A DNA stretch of 23,957 nt, from contig CAVQUB010000023.1 in the NCBI GenBank assembly GCA_963716725.1, positions 1-23,957 on the forward strand, in the 5' to 3' direction. This document shows positions 1 to 7,999 of the stretch, piece after piece. Under the pieces are notes generated by a model. That model had not been told where the DNA came from and did no database searches. It was given only the letters and a program-made list of their open reading frames with translations. Position 1 is the stretch's first letter; every line of letters starts with the position of its first letter. Source of the DNA: an uncultured delta proteobacterium (lineage in GTDB: Bacteria; Myxococcota_A; Polyangia; Polyangiales; Polyangiaceae). Both the position numbers and the translations under genes were made by a program.

Positions 1-78
1 GCGAACCCTCGTGGTGACGTACCCGAGCCAAGCGAATGATTGCCGTGGCTGGCCGCGCGTGCCATGGAGCGACCGAAT

Positions 79-495
79 ATGAAGCAGAATGAACCGGTCA
101 CCAGGATCATGTCCGCTGACCTCAAGACCGTCCATCTGGGGCAGCAGATGAGCGATGTCCGGCGCATGCTGGCGAACAATCCCTTCGATCACGTGCCGGT
201 CATGAGCGGAGACAAGCTCATCGGCATGCTCAGCTCGAGCGATGTGATGCGGCTCACCTTCGACGCCGGAAACGCCGATCCGCGCTCGGTCGATGCCGTG
301 CTCGACAACCAGTTCACGGTCGAGGGCACGATGACGAAAGAGCTGGTGACGCTGCGTCCCAGCGACACGATCCGCCAGGCTGCAGAGCTGTTGGTCAAGT
401 CTTCGGTTCACTGTCTGCCCGTGCTCGACGAGGGCAAGCTCGTCGGAATCGTCACCAGCACCGATCTGATTCGCTATCTGCTCGATCAGTACTGA
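79..495 (+). CDS. CBS domain pair protein (138 aa)
   Basis: Two CBS repeats (V.RIMS..L.TV / HVPVM..DKLIGMLS..DV and TMTKELVTL / HCLPVLDEGKLVGIVTSTDL). ATG at 79 has GGAG at 66-69. Confidence 0.9.
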   Translation: MKQNEPVTRIMSADLKTVHLGQQMSDVRRMLANNPFDHVPVMSGDKLIGMLSSSDVMRLTFDAGNADPRSVDAVLDNQFTVEGTMTKELVTLRPSDTIRQAAELLVKSSVHCLPVLDEGKLVGIVTSTDLIRYLLDQY

Positions 496-556
496 TCACA
501 GCGCGCAGTTCTGATCAAAGGGAGCCTGCTCGGCTCACAACACGAGCGCCTGGTCG

Positions 557-760
557 TCAGTGCTGCGACGCGCACTTGAGGCACGGCGGCATCTTGCCTT
601 CGTCACACGGTGTGTCGTTGCACACCCCGAGCGTGCCCGGGGAGTAGGCGCACTGTTCGCCGCGCACCTTGCATTCCTTGGCCGGACCCTCGCTCTTGCC
701 CGGGCAACCCGTCACCACGAGAGCCACGAGGACGACCCAGAGAGCTCCGGAGGCTGTCAT
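557..760 (-). CDS. Small Cys-rich lipoprotein (67 aa)
   Basis: MTASGALWVVLVALVVTG-C: hydrophobic signal plus lipobox-like Cys, then six more Cys in a mature region of about 48 aa. Confidence 0.65.
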   Translation of the reverse strand: MTASGALWVVLVALVVTGCPGKSEGPAKECKVRGEQCAYSPGTLGVCNDTPCDEGKMPPCLKCASQH

Positions 761-779
761 GTTTCGCGAAGCTTGGAGC

Positions 780-862
780 AGCGCAAGGCCGGCAGCAACG
801 ACGGCGTGGACTGCGTGGACGGCGTGAGCCGCGCGTCCGACAAGACCCTCGAGGTGAAGTAG
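780..862 (+). pseudogene. Orphan 3' end of an unidentified gene (RKAGSNDGVDCVDGVSRASDKTLEVK*)
   Basis: Run of codons almost all ending in G/C, ending in TAG, with no plausible start. Confidence 0.3.
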
Positions 863-875
863 CTGCCCACCCCCG

Positions 876-996
876 CCGTGCTCGGGCCCCATCACCCTTC
901 GGATATCGGGGAGCGCGTCGCGGGCCCTGCGCGCGGCTTGCCCCTACCCAACTGCGTGCTCGGCGGCTGCGCCGCCTGCGCGCGCAGGGGAGGGGC
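876..996. repeat. REP-like paired imperfect hairpins
   Basis: Two stem-loops share the arms cgtgctcgg...cctgcgcgcg (876-936; 940-996 with inner ggcggc-tgc-gccgcc and outer gcccct/aggggc). Confidence 0.5.
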
Positions 997-1035
997 TCGC
1001 ACTTCAGCGCTAGCGTCGTGGTACGCTGGTGGTCG

Positions 1036-1287
1036 TTGACGGCTCCGATTGCAGTTCCTCCGCCGCGTGACAGCTTCGCCGACGCCCTCGCGGAGGCGAA
1101 AGAGGTCGCGGACGCCTCGTTCGAGGAGCGCTATCGTATGTTCGAGGCCGCGTGCGCGCTGGTGTTCGAGATCCTCGAGACCCACCCGGCTCGGCAGCAG
1201 ATCCTCGACTACCGCGACCCTCTGCCGGCAGACGCCCCCGCCGTGTTCGAGCGCGCACGTCGCGCGGAGCCCGAGGTCAGTGGCTGA
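1036..1287 (+). CDS. Small helical protein, putative antitoxin partner of downstream nucleotidyltransferase
   Basis: Coding-like segment DSFADALAEAKEVADASFEERYRMFEAACALVFEILE; stop overlaps the GTG start of the next gene. Start uncertain (GTG 1018 or TTG 1036). Confidence 0.6.
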   Translation: MTAPIAVPPPRDSFADALAEAKEVADASFEERYRMFEAACALVFEILETHPARQQILDYRDPLPADAPAVFERARRAEPEVSG

Positions 1288-1843
1288 GCCGATTGTGATC
1301 GCGGCGGCCGGCGACGTCGTGCACGCGCTCGAAGCAGCAGGCTTCGACTACGCGCTGGGTGGCGCCATCGCGCTTGCCTACTGGGGAGTTCCTCGGGCCA
1401 CCGTCGACGTCGACGTCGGCGTCGCGGCGGAGCCCATGCAGCTTCCCGATCTCTTCCTCGCGCTCCGGCGAGGTGGCTGCGAGATCGACGAGGACAGGGC
1501 GGCCGAAGCCGCGATGCGAGGTGACTTCGGTTGTCGGGCGCGAGGCGTTCGAGTGGACGTGTTCCTCCCCGTGCTGCCCCTCGCACGCAGCGCGATCGAT
1601 CGGCGCGTGCGGGTCCCCTTCGGTCGGGCGGAGGCTTGGATCGTGAGCAAAGAAGACGCCGTGCTGTTCAAGCTCTTGTTCGGCCGCACCAAGGACCTCG
1701 CCGATCTGGAACGCCTCTTTTCCGTGCACGCGGAGCGCCTCGACCGGGTCTACCTCGACCGCTGGGTGGGCAGCATGTTCGAAGACGACGACCCGCGCCG
1801 CGCCGCCTATGCGTCGCTGATCGATCGCGCTGGGCTCGGCTGA
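1280..1843 (+). CDS. Nucleotidyltransferase (AbiEii/DUF6036-like, Pol-beta fold)
   Basis: Motifs YALGGAIALAYWGVPRATVDVD and LFKLLFGRTKDLADL, typical of AbiEii/MenT-like NTases. Confidence 0.8.
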   Translation: MAEPIVIAAAGDVVHALEAAGFDYALGGAIALAYWGVPRATVDVDVGVAAEPMQLPDLFLALRRGGCEIDEDRAAEAAMRGDFGCRARGVRVDVFLPVLPLARSAIDRRVRVPFGRAEAWIVSKEDAVLFKLLFGRTKDLADLERLFSVHAERLDRVYLDRWVGSMFEDDDPRRAAYASLIDRAGLG

Positions 1844-1905
1844 GAGCAGGGCCGCGCAGCAGTCGAGGGGTGGCCCGCGCCTGCACGGAAGGTCGGCGCG
1901 GTCAT

Positions 1906-2283
1906 CTACTGCTCCTCGGGGAACGCCATGCGGCGGAGGCGAAGCTCGAGCTCGGCCCGAAAGGAATCGAGCTCGTCGCCGCTGATCCCGCCAGGCAAGA
2001 CCGCCGCGGGGCCGATGCGGATTTGACCCACGACCCACGCGAGGGTCGCCGGGTCAGCGCCGCCGTCCTTGGCCAGGGCTCCGGCCATGGCAACCGCATA
2101 GCGCGCCTCGGACAGGATCCGCGCGGTCCAAAACAGCTTGTCGTCCTCAGAGCCGTCGGCGAGCGCGCGCCGGATCTCGGCGTTCGTCACCGGGGCGTCC
2201 CAGTTGAAATAGGGGACCGCGTCGGGACTCTCGACGTCCAGGCTCGGATCTGCGGGCGTGGCCGGTGGCGTGACCGGGAGCAT
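1906..2283 (-). pseudogene. Chimeric ORF: antitoxin N-terminus fused to AbiEii-like toxin C-terminus
   Basis: N-half PYFNWD...IRRAL...FWTARILSEARY resembles small antitoxins found upstream of AbiEii genes. C-half KDGGADPATLAWVV.Q..IG...LPGG...EL..F...L..RL..MAFP resembles the AbiEii-like toxin C-terminus. No NTase motifs. Family calls are from recall. Confidence 0.5.
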
Positions 2284-2320
2284 GACTCGGGTCAGCCTAC
2301 CACCGTCCGTCAGCCGACGC

Positions 2321-3625
2321 TCACAGCCCGTAGACCTTCGAGCGGTCGCCCTCGACGCCGCGCAGCGCGTCCCGCGTGTCGACCACCAGCTTGGCCTCCG
2401 CCAGCAGCCGCGCGCGTTCCAGCTTCAGGTGGTCGGTGATGATCACCACGCAGTCGTAACCCGCAAAGCTCGACTTGGGGTCGACGCTGCTCATCTTCAT
2501 GCCGTCCTCGTCGAAGCTCGGCACGTGCGGATCCATGTACGACAGCTCCGCGCCGCGCTGCGCCAGATCGTGCATCACGCTGAAGGCGGGGCTCTCGCGC
2601 ATGTCGTCCACGTCGCGCTTGTAGGCCACGCCGTAGATCAGGATCTTCGAGCCGTTCAGCGGCTTCTTCTGGGAGTTCAGCGCCTCGCTCACGCGTTCGA
2701 CCACGTAGGCCGGCATCGAGCTGTTGATGGTGTCCGCCAGCTCGATGAAGCGCGCCTGGTACTTCAGGGTGCGCAGCTTCCACGACAGATAGAGCGGGTC
2801 GATGGGGATGCAGTGCCCGCCCAGGCCCGGCCCCGGATAGAAGGGCATGAAGCCGAAGGGCTTGGTCGCCGCCGCGCGGATCACCTCGCAGGGATCGAGC
2901 CCGAGCCGCCGGCACATCATCGCGACCTCGTTGACCAGGCCGATGTTCACCGCGCGGAAGGTGTTCTCGAGCAGCTTGACCATCTCGGCGGCCTGGGTGC
3001 TCGACACCGGGACCAAGCGTGTCGATGATGTTCGAGTACAGCGCCGTCGCCATCTTCATGCACTCGGGCGTGACGCCGCCGAGCACCTTCGGCGTGTTCT
3101 TGGTCTTGTAGGTCGCGTTGCCCGGGATCGACGCGCTCGGGCGAGAACGCCACGAACACGTCCTTGCCCAGCACCGCGCCGCCCTCGGTGAGCTCGGGCA
3201 CCACGACCTCGTCGGTGGTGCCGGGGTAGGTGGTGCTCTCGAGCACGACCAGCATGCCCGGGTGCTGGTGCTTGGCGATCTCGGTGGTCGCTTCGACGAT
3301 GAAGCGCATGTCCGGCTCCTTGGTCTTGTTCAAGCGGCGTCGGCACGCACACCACCACCGCGTCGGCCTCGGCCAAGATCGCCGGATCGGCCGTGGCCGC
3401 CAGCGTGCGCGCCTTCACGTGCGGGGCGAGGTCCGCCGTCGGCACGTCCCGGATGTACGACTCGCCGGCGTTGAGCAGCCGCACCTTCTCGCGGTCGTAG
3501 TCCAGGCCCGTCACGCGGAAGCCCGCGCGGGCCAGCTCGGCGACCAGGGGCAGGCCGACGTAGCCGATGCCGACGACGACGACGTGGGCGGTCTTCTGTT
3601 CGATTTTTTCGAATAGGGTGGGCAT
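2321..3625 (-). CDS. Nucleotide-sugar dehydrogenase (UDP-N-acetylglucosamine 6-dehydrogenase WbpA/WecC family), three apparent frameshifts
   Basis: GIGYVGLP Rossmann motif, CVPTP, ESTTYPGTT, FSPERVDPG, KLLENTFRAVNI, GPGLGGHCIP, YKRDVDDMRESP. Single extra bases near 3333, 3122 and 3016 split it over four ORFs. Confidence 0.9.
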
Positions 3626-3682
3626 GGTGATTCCGGGGGCGGACTCTACGAGGGTAGGGGGTTCGATGCCAGCCCCGCGGTC

Positions 3683-3756
3683 GGGGTTCACGGGGCGGGG
3701 GTTCACGGGGCGGCGGCGAACCTGGGCGGAGGTTCGGGGCGGCCCGAACCTGGGCG
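3683..3756. repeat. Short tandem and inverted repeat cluster
   Basis: ggggttcacggggc occurs twice in tandem within 3683-3711; cgaacctgggcg at 3717 and 3745; hairpin aggttcggg-gcgg-cccgaacct at 3730-3751. Confidence 0.55.
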
Positions 3757-3766
3757 CCGCGCAGGC

Positions 3767-4660
3767 TCACGGAACCAACAACGCCAGCGCGCCCCGCAGC
3801 CAGGGCTCGACCCCAGCAGCCGGCGTGCCGCCGCGTCGCGCGAGCTCGTTCAACGCGCCGTCGGCCTGCCGTTTGCGAAAGCCGAGGCGGGCCACGTCGA
3901 CGGGCACCTGGCGCGACGGCTTCGAGCTCTGGCGCGGGCGTGGCGATCGTGGCTTCCGCGCCGCGCGCGCGCCCACGCGCCGTTTGGTCTCGACCTCGAT
4001 CAGCGCATCGAGAGCGCGTTCGATCAGGCGAGGCAGGTCGCCGGGTGCGATCACGTGGCGCAGCAGGTTCTGCGCCTGATCGATCTTCTCGCGAAGCTCC
4101 GCGCTGGCGGTGAGCTCCACCCGGAAGCTGTGCGCAGAGAGCGCCTCGATGCGGGGCCGCGGCGTCTCGACGGGGGCGGCCACCGCCCCACAGTCACCTG
4201 TCCCAGGACAGGCAACCTCCCCGATCTCGCCAGCCGTCCCGCCACCACCACCAGGTTGCATCGGCGCAACCATCGGCAGCACGTCGGACTGCGGACGCAC
4301 TCCGTGACACCCGAAGGGGTGGAACCAGCGCGCCAAGATCGCCTCGAGCTCCCGCCGCGTCTTGCCACGGGCCTCGGCCAAGAGCGCGTCGGCGTTCTCG
4401 TGGGTGAGCGCGTTCGACAGCAAAAACAGCCCCGTCAGGTGGATCCTGCCGGTCTCGAGTTCGTCGATCACGCGGGGCATGCGCGCACACAGCCGCGCGA
4501 CGCGCATGCGTTTCGTCGCCTCCTCTTCGGAGTAGCCGAGGCGCTCGATGCAGAACGAGTGCAGCGACGAGCAGGCGAGGTCGAGGTACAGCCGTCGCCG
4601 ATCGACCTCAGCCAAAAAGCGGATCACCTCGGCGGTGGCCTTGCGTTCGCCCGCGCGCCT
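3767..4660 (-). pseudogene. DUF222-type (myxobacterial HNH-associated) gene, 5'-truncated and lacking the HNH domain
   Basis: ERKATAEVIRFLAEVDRRRLYL...SSL..FC..RLGYSE..A.KR..VAR...GRIHLT.L..L signature. SRQVPVDVAR runs straight into the LGFR...LRGALALL C-terminal helix with no Cys/His HNH motif. The ORF N-terminus is repeat- and IS-derived. Confidence 0.7.
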
Positions 4661-4699
4661 CGCCCTCACGCGCGACCCGTCCAAAATCCGGGCAAAATC

Positions 4700-4749
4700 G
4701 CCCTCGCTCTCGCTCTCGCCCCCGCTCTCGCTCTCGCCCCCGCCCCCGC
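4700..4749 (-). repeat. (GAGGGC/GAGAGC/GGGGGC)n hexamer tract, about 8 units
   Basis: Read directly from the sequence. Confidence 0.9.
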
Positions 4750-4850
4750 ATCCTGTCGGGGTGGCGCTTCCTGCCGGTGGGCTAGTGCCGCGCGGCAGAA
4801 GTTTCGCTGGTTTCTTTTCCGTGTGCGTGTCGTCGGTGTAGTGGGGTGAC

Positions 4851-5168
4851 ATGATCGACTACAGCGCGTTCGCGGGTCGAGCGCACGGTGGTCGTCCGAC
4901 GGTTCCGCTCGCGCTGAGGGCTGAAGAGCGCGCGCGGATCGAGGAGGCGTTGCGACCCGGCAGGGCGGAGCAGCGGCTGGTTCGTCGGGCGCAGGCCGTG
5001 TTGATGATGGCGGACGGAGTGCCTGCGACGGACATCGCCCGGCTCCTCGGGGTGCACGTGCGCACGGTGGACGACTGGCGCAAGCGCTTCGACTGCGCGG
5101 CACCTAGCGAGAGACTGGCGGACGCCCCGCGCTCGGGACGGCCGCCCTCTCTCTCTCGGACACCGTAG
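4851..5168 (+). pseudogene. IS630 transposase N-terminal HTH fragment
   Basis: RRAQAVLMMADG...DIARLLGVHVRTVDDWRKRF...LADAPRSGRPP; no DDE domain follows. Confidence 0.8.
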
Positions 5169-5354
5169 CGGCTCGAGTAGAAGCACCGACGACCTCGCGG
5201 CGAGGATCGACGCGTACGTCGCGTGGTATCTGCAGACCGACCGACCCTTTCGCTGGTCGTACCGCCCCAAGTCGTGGGCCGAATCCAGAAAAATCCCCTC
5301 ACTTTCTGCGAGGAAAGCCGCAACTGTTTCGGAGTGAGGCCCGACCACACGGGG

Positions 5355-5850
5355 ATGGCACAGGAAGGGCGAAAGCTCGGAAGATTTGGGGATGGGACGG
5401 ACGAGGTGATCGGTGCGCTGATCGAGGTGCATCGGCATCTCGGTCCAGGGCTGATGGAATCCGCATATGAGGCCTGTCTATCTGCCGAGCTGTCCGAACG
5501 ACGGCTCAAGTTCGAGCGGCAGCGACCGCTACCAATCCGCTACAAAGGCGTACACCTTGACTGCGCCTATCGCCTCGACCTGGTCGCTTCCAGATCATAT
5601 CCTCCTGGAGCTCAAGGCGGTCGAGCGGCTGCTCCCGATTTACGAAGCGCAGGTCATCACCTATCTGCGCCTTTCGCGGTTGCCCGTCGGCCTGCTCGTC
5701 AACTTCAACGTGACCGCGCTCAGAAATGGCCTGCGGAGGCTAACGCCTGACCACCCCAAATCCTTCCGCTCTTCCGCCCTTCCTGTGAGAGCCCAAATGA
5801 GCGCAGGTCTCAGGGGCGAATCCACTCGAACTTCGGCCGCGCGGCACTAG
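5355..5850 (+). CDS. GxxExxY protein (PD-(D/E)XK-like), one frameshift near 5587
   Basis: VIGALIEVHRHLGPGLMESAYEACL, YRLDLV, then in the other frame ILLELKAVE...AQVITYL...GLLVNFN. Reads through to the TAG in the right IS end. Confidence 0.85.
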
Positions 5851-5892
5851 CTGACGCCGAGCCGCTTGATCGCGAAGGCGACCGACACGACG
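5851..5892 (-). pseudogene. fic 3'-region fragment (continues 4764-4781 across the IS)
   Basis: ctgacgccgagccgcttgatcgcgaaggcgaccgacacgacg matches about 6804-6845 of the intact fic gene; gcgcttcctgccggtgg at 4764-4780 matches 6728-6744. Confidence 0.75.
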
Positions 5893-5993
5893 AGGGGTGT
5901 TGAGCGGAGCGTGCAGTGCACGCACACGGATCTCGAGCCGGTCGATGACGCTTTCCTGGTTGTGGCGGTCGTTGGTAGGCCGGTCGACCGAGG

Positions 5994-6251
5994 TCAGCGG
6001 TAGATCTCGCGGCGGTGAGCGACGCGCACCACCAGCACGATCACGGAGGTGTCGTCGACTTCGTACACGACACGATAGTCGCCGTGTCGGATCCGGTAGC
6101 GGTCGTCCCCGGTGAGCTTTTCTGATCCCTGCGGCCGCGGGTCGACCGCCAAGCCGCGGATCTTGGTGACGAGTTTCTCGCGGTCCTTCCGCGGAACCTC
6201 CTCGAGCTCCTTGGCGGCGGAGCGCTTGATGAGGACGCTATAGCTTCCCAC
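5994..6251 (-). CDS. relE: RelE/ParE family type II toxin
   Basis: YSVLIKRSAAKEL...DPRPQGSEKL...YRIRHGDYRVVYEV...VVRVAHRREIYR. Confidence 0.9.
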   Translation of the reverse strand: MGSYSVLIKRSAAKELEEVPRKDREKLVTKIRGLAVDPRPQGSEKLTGDDRYRIRHGDYRVVYEVDDTSVIVLVVRVAHRREIYR

Positions 6252-6468
6252 GTCGCTTCAGGTCCCTGACGAAATCTTCGAAGCGAATCGCCGGTTCTTT
6301 CGCCCGGCGGCGAATGGTGTCGAGATCGTCCGCGTCCTCGGCGAGCTGCGCCCGTACCGCCTCGTTCACGAGGTCGGACACGCTCCGTTCAGTCTCGGCA
6401 GACTTCAGTCGGAGCGCTCGATGCACGTCCGTCTCGAAGTAGACCGTCGCTCGTTTTACCGCGGACAT
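6238..6468 (-). CDS. CopG/RHH antitoxin
   Basis: KRATVYF...LRLKSAE...SVSDLVNEAVR plus acidic EDADDL; overlaps the toxin start. Confidence 0.85.
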   Translation of the reverse strand: MSAVKRATVYFETDVHRALRLKSAETERSVSDLVNEAVRAQLAEDADDLDTIRRRAKEPAIRFEDFVRDLKRRGKL

Positions 6469-6474
6469 GGCCCC

Positions 6475-6509
6475 AAGCTAACGTTATGACGTCAAGGCGT
6501 CAAGGCGTC
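6475..6509 (-). promoter_or_regulatory. sigma70 promoter (likely leaderless) with operator-like repeats
   Basis: TTGACG (6503-6498), 17-nt spacer, TAGCTT (6480-6475), 6 nt before the ATG. Palindromes TAACGTTA and TGACGTCA and repeated cgtcaagg. Confidence 0.65.
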
Positions 6510-6516
6510 GGAGGCC

Positions 6517-6636
6517 CCAGCGCGCCAAGATCGCCTCGAGCTCCCGCCGCGTCTTGCCTCGGGCCTCGGCCAAGAGCGCCTCGGCGTTCTCGTGGGTGAG
6601 CGCGTTCGCCAGCACGAAGAGCCCGGTCAGGTGGAT
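6517..6636 (-). pseudogene. 120-bp internal fragment of a DUF222-type gene
   Basis: Matches 4325-4444 with 7 mismatches by eye; followed by a 2-unit hexamer tract at 6637-6650. Confidence 0.85.
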
Positions 6637-6649
6637 GCTCTCGCTCTCG

Positions 6650-7834
6650 CTACGACCGCCCCGGAGTCTCCAACTCGGTTCCCGCCCGCAGCCGGTCGAG
6701 ATAGCGCTGGTACACCCACGAGCGGTCGCGCTTCCTGCCGGTGGTTTCGACGAGGACGCCGGCCTTCTCGAGCGCTTCGACGGCCCGGCTGGCGGTGGGC
6801 TTGCTGACGCCGAGCTGCTTGATGGCGAAGGCGACCGACACGACGGGATGCCGTGGCAACAGCTCGAAGAGGCGCACCGCTGCGACCGATGTCCCGGCGT
6901 GGTCCAAGGCGCGTGTTCGGTCTTCGGTGACCAAGGTGAACAGCTCGCGCGCTGAGATCACCGCCTCTTCGGCAATGGTCGCGACGCCGTCCAAGAAGAA
7001 GTCGGTCCACCCTTCCCAGTCACCGCTCGTTCGCACCGCGCCGAGGCGGTCGTAGTAGTCGGTCCGGTGGCGCTTGAAGAAGAGGCTCAGGTAGAGCAGC
7101 GGCTTGGTCAGCAGCTTCCGGTGCTCGAGCACCAGGGTCACGAGCAAGCGGCCGATTCGACCGTTGCCGTCGAGGTAGGGGTGGATGGTCTCGAACTGCA
7201 CGTGCAGAAGCCCTGCGCGGACGAGCGGCGGCAAGTCATCGTCTGCGTGCAGGTACTTCTCGAACGCAGACAACAGCTCGCCGAGCGCGTGAGGTGGCGG
7301 CGGCACGAAGGCCGCGTTGCCGGGACGGCTCCCGCCGATCCAGTTCTGCGTGCGACGCACCTCTCCCGGTCGTTTGTCCGCCCCGCGAACGCCTTGCATG
7401 AGACGCGCGTGGGTCTCGTTGAGCAAGCGCATCGACAGCGGCAATCCCGACGAGTCTGCCAGCTGCGTGCGTGCGAAGTTGAGGGCGTCGAGATAGTTGC
7501 AGACCTCTTCGACGTCCGCGCTCCTCGGACCTCCGCCGCTCTCGGCCTCGAAGGTGAGCAGATCGACGAGGGTCGCCTGGGTCCCTTCGATCTGAGACGA
7601 GACCACCGCCTCCTTGCGGACGAAGGCGTAGATGAACCAGTCGATCGACGGCACCATCTCGCCCGCGAGCTCCAGCCGGGCCAGCGCCTGTTCCGCGGCG
7701 CGGAGTCGCTCGTCGAGCGAGCCCACCATCGCGAGCCGCGGCTTCGTGGGCGGCAGCGGCGCTGGGATGAAGGCCGCGACCTCCTCCCCGCCCACCGTCG
7801 CCTTCTCGTAGGCCCCCGTTTTCCTTTGCTTCAT
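6650..7834 (-). CDS. Fic family protein (N-terminal inhibitory helix, C-terminal wHTH)
   Basis: Catalytic HPYLDGNGRIGR; inhibitory SSQIEG; C-terminal LGVSKPTASRAVEAL. Confidence 0.92.
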   Translation of the reverse strand: MKQRKTGAYEKATVGGEEVAAFIPAPLPPTKPRLAMVGSLDERLRAAEQALARLELAGEMVPSIDWFIYAFVRKEAVVSSQIEGTQATLVDLLTFEAESGGGPRSADVEEVCNYLDALNFARTQLADSSGLPLSMRLLNETHARLMQGVRGADKRPGEVRRTQNWIGGSRPGNAAFVPPPPHALGELLSAFEKYLHADDDLPPLVRAGLLHVQFETIHPYLDGNGRIGRLLVTLVLEHRKLLTKPLLYLSLFFKRHRTDYYDRLGAVRTSGDWEGWTDFFLDGVATIAEEAVISARELFTLVTEDRTRALDHAGTSVAAVRLFELLPRHPVVSVAFAIKQLGVSKPTASRAVEALEKAGVLVETTGRKRDRSWVYQRYLDRLRAGTELETPGRS

Positions 7835-7976
7835 CGCCGCAACCGCTGGGAACGAGCTCGTGCCCCAGCCCCTCGCGTAGGAACGAGTTCTTTACCAAAG
7901 CCGACCGTTAGTCAAGGATGCGTTCCTAGGCTGCCTCCCCCCAGGCATGCTCGGGGGCGCCGGTCCGCCACTCCAT

Positions 7977-7996
7977 CACCTGTCCCAGGACAGGTG
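7977..7996. repeat. Hairpin cacctgtc-ccag-gacaggtg just after the ATPase stop
   Basis: Perfect 8-bp stem. tcacctgtcccaggacagg also occurs at 4194-4212 inside the DUF222-type gene. Confidence 0.5.
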
Positions 7997-7999
7997 TGT

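Larger units (their letters stand above)
4782..5850 (+). mobile_element. Defective IS630-family element with internal replacement
   Basis: Terminal inverted repeats ctagtgccgcgcggcagaagtt (4782-4803) and aacttcggccgcgcggcactag (5829-5850), 21/22 match, CTAG at both ends. Removing the element rejoins a fic-like fragment. Confidence 0.8.

Noticed and set aside
2321..3625. Sugar dehydrogenase as a true pseudogene or programmed frameshift
   Set aside because: All three shifts are single extra bases extending short runs (CTG->CTTG twice, GGC->GGGC), motifs are intact and there are no substitution-type stops. Long-read error is more likely; reads would settle it.
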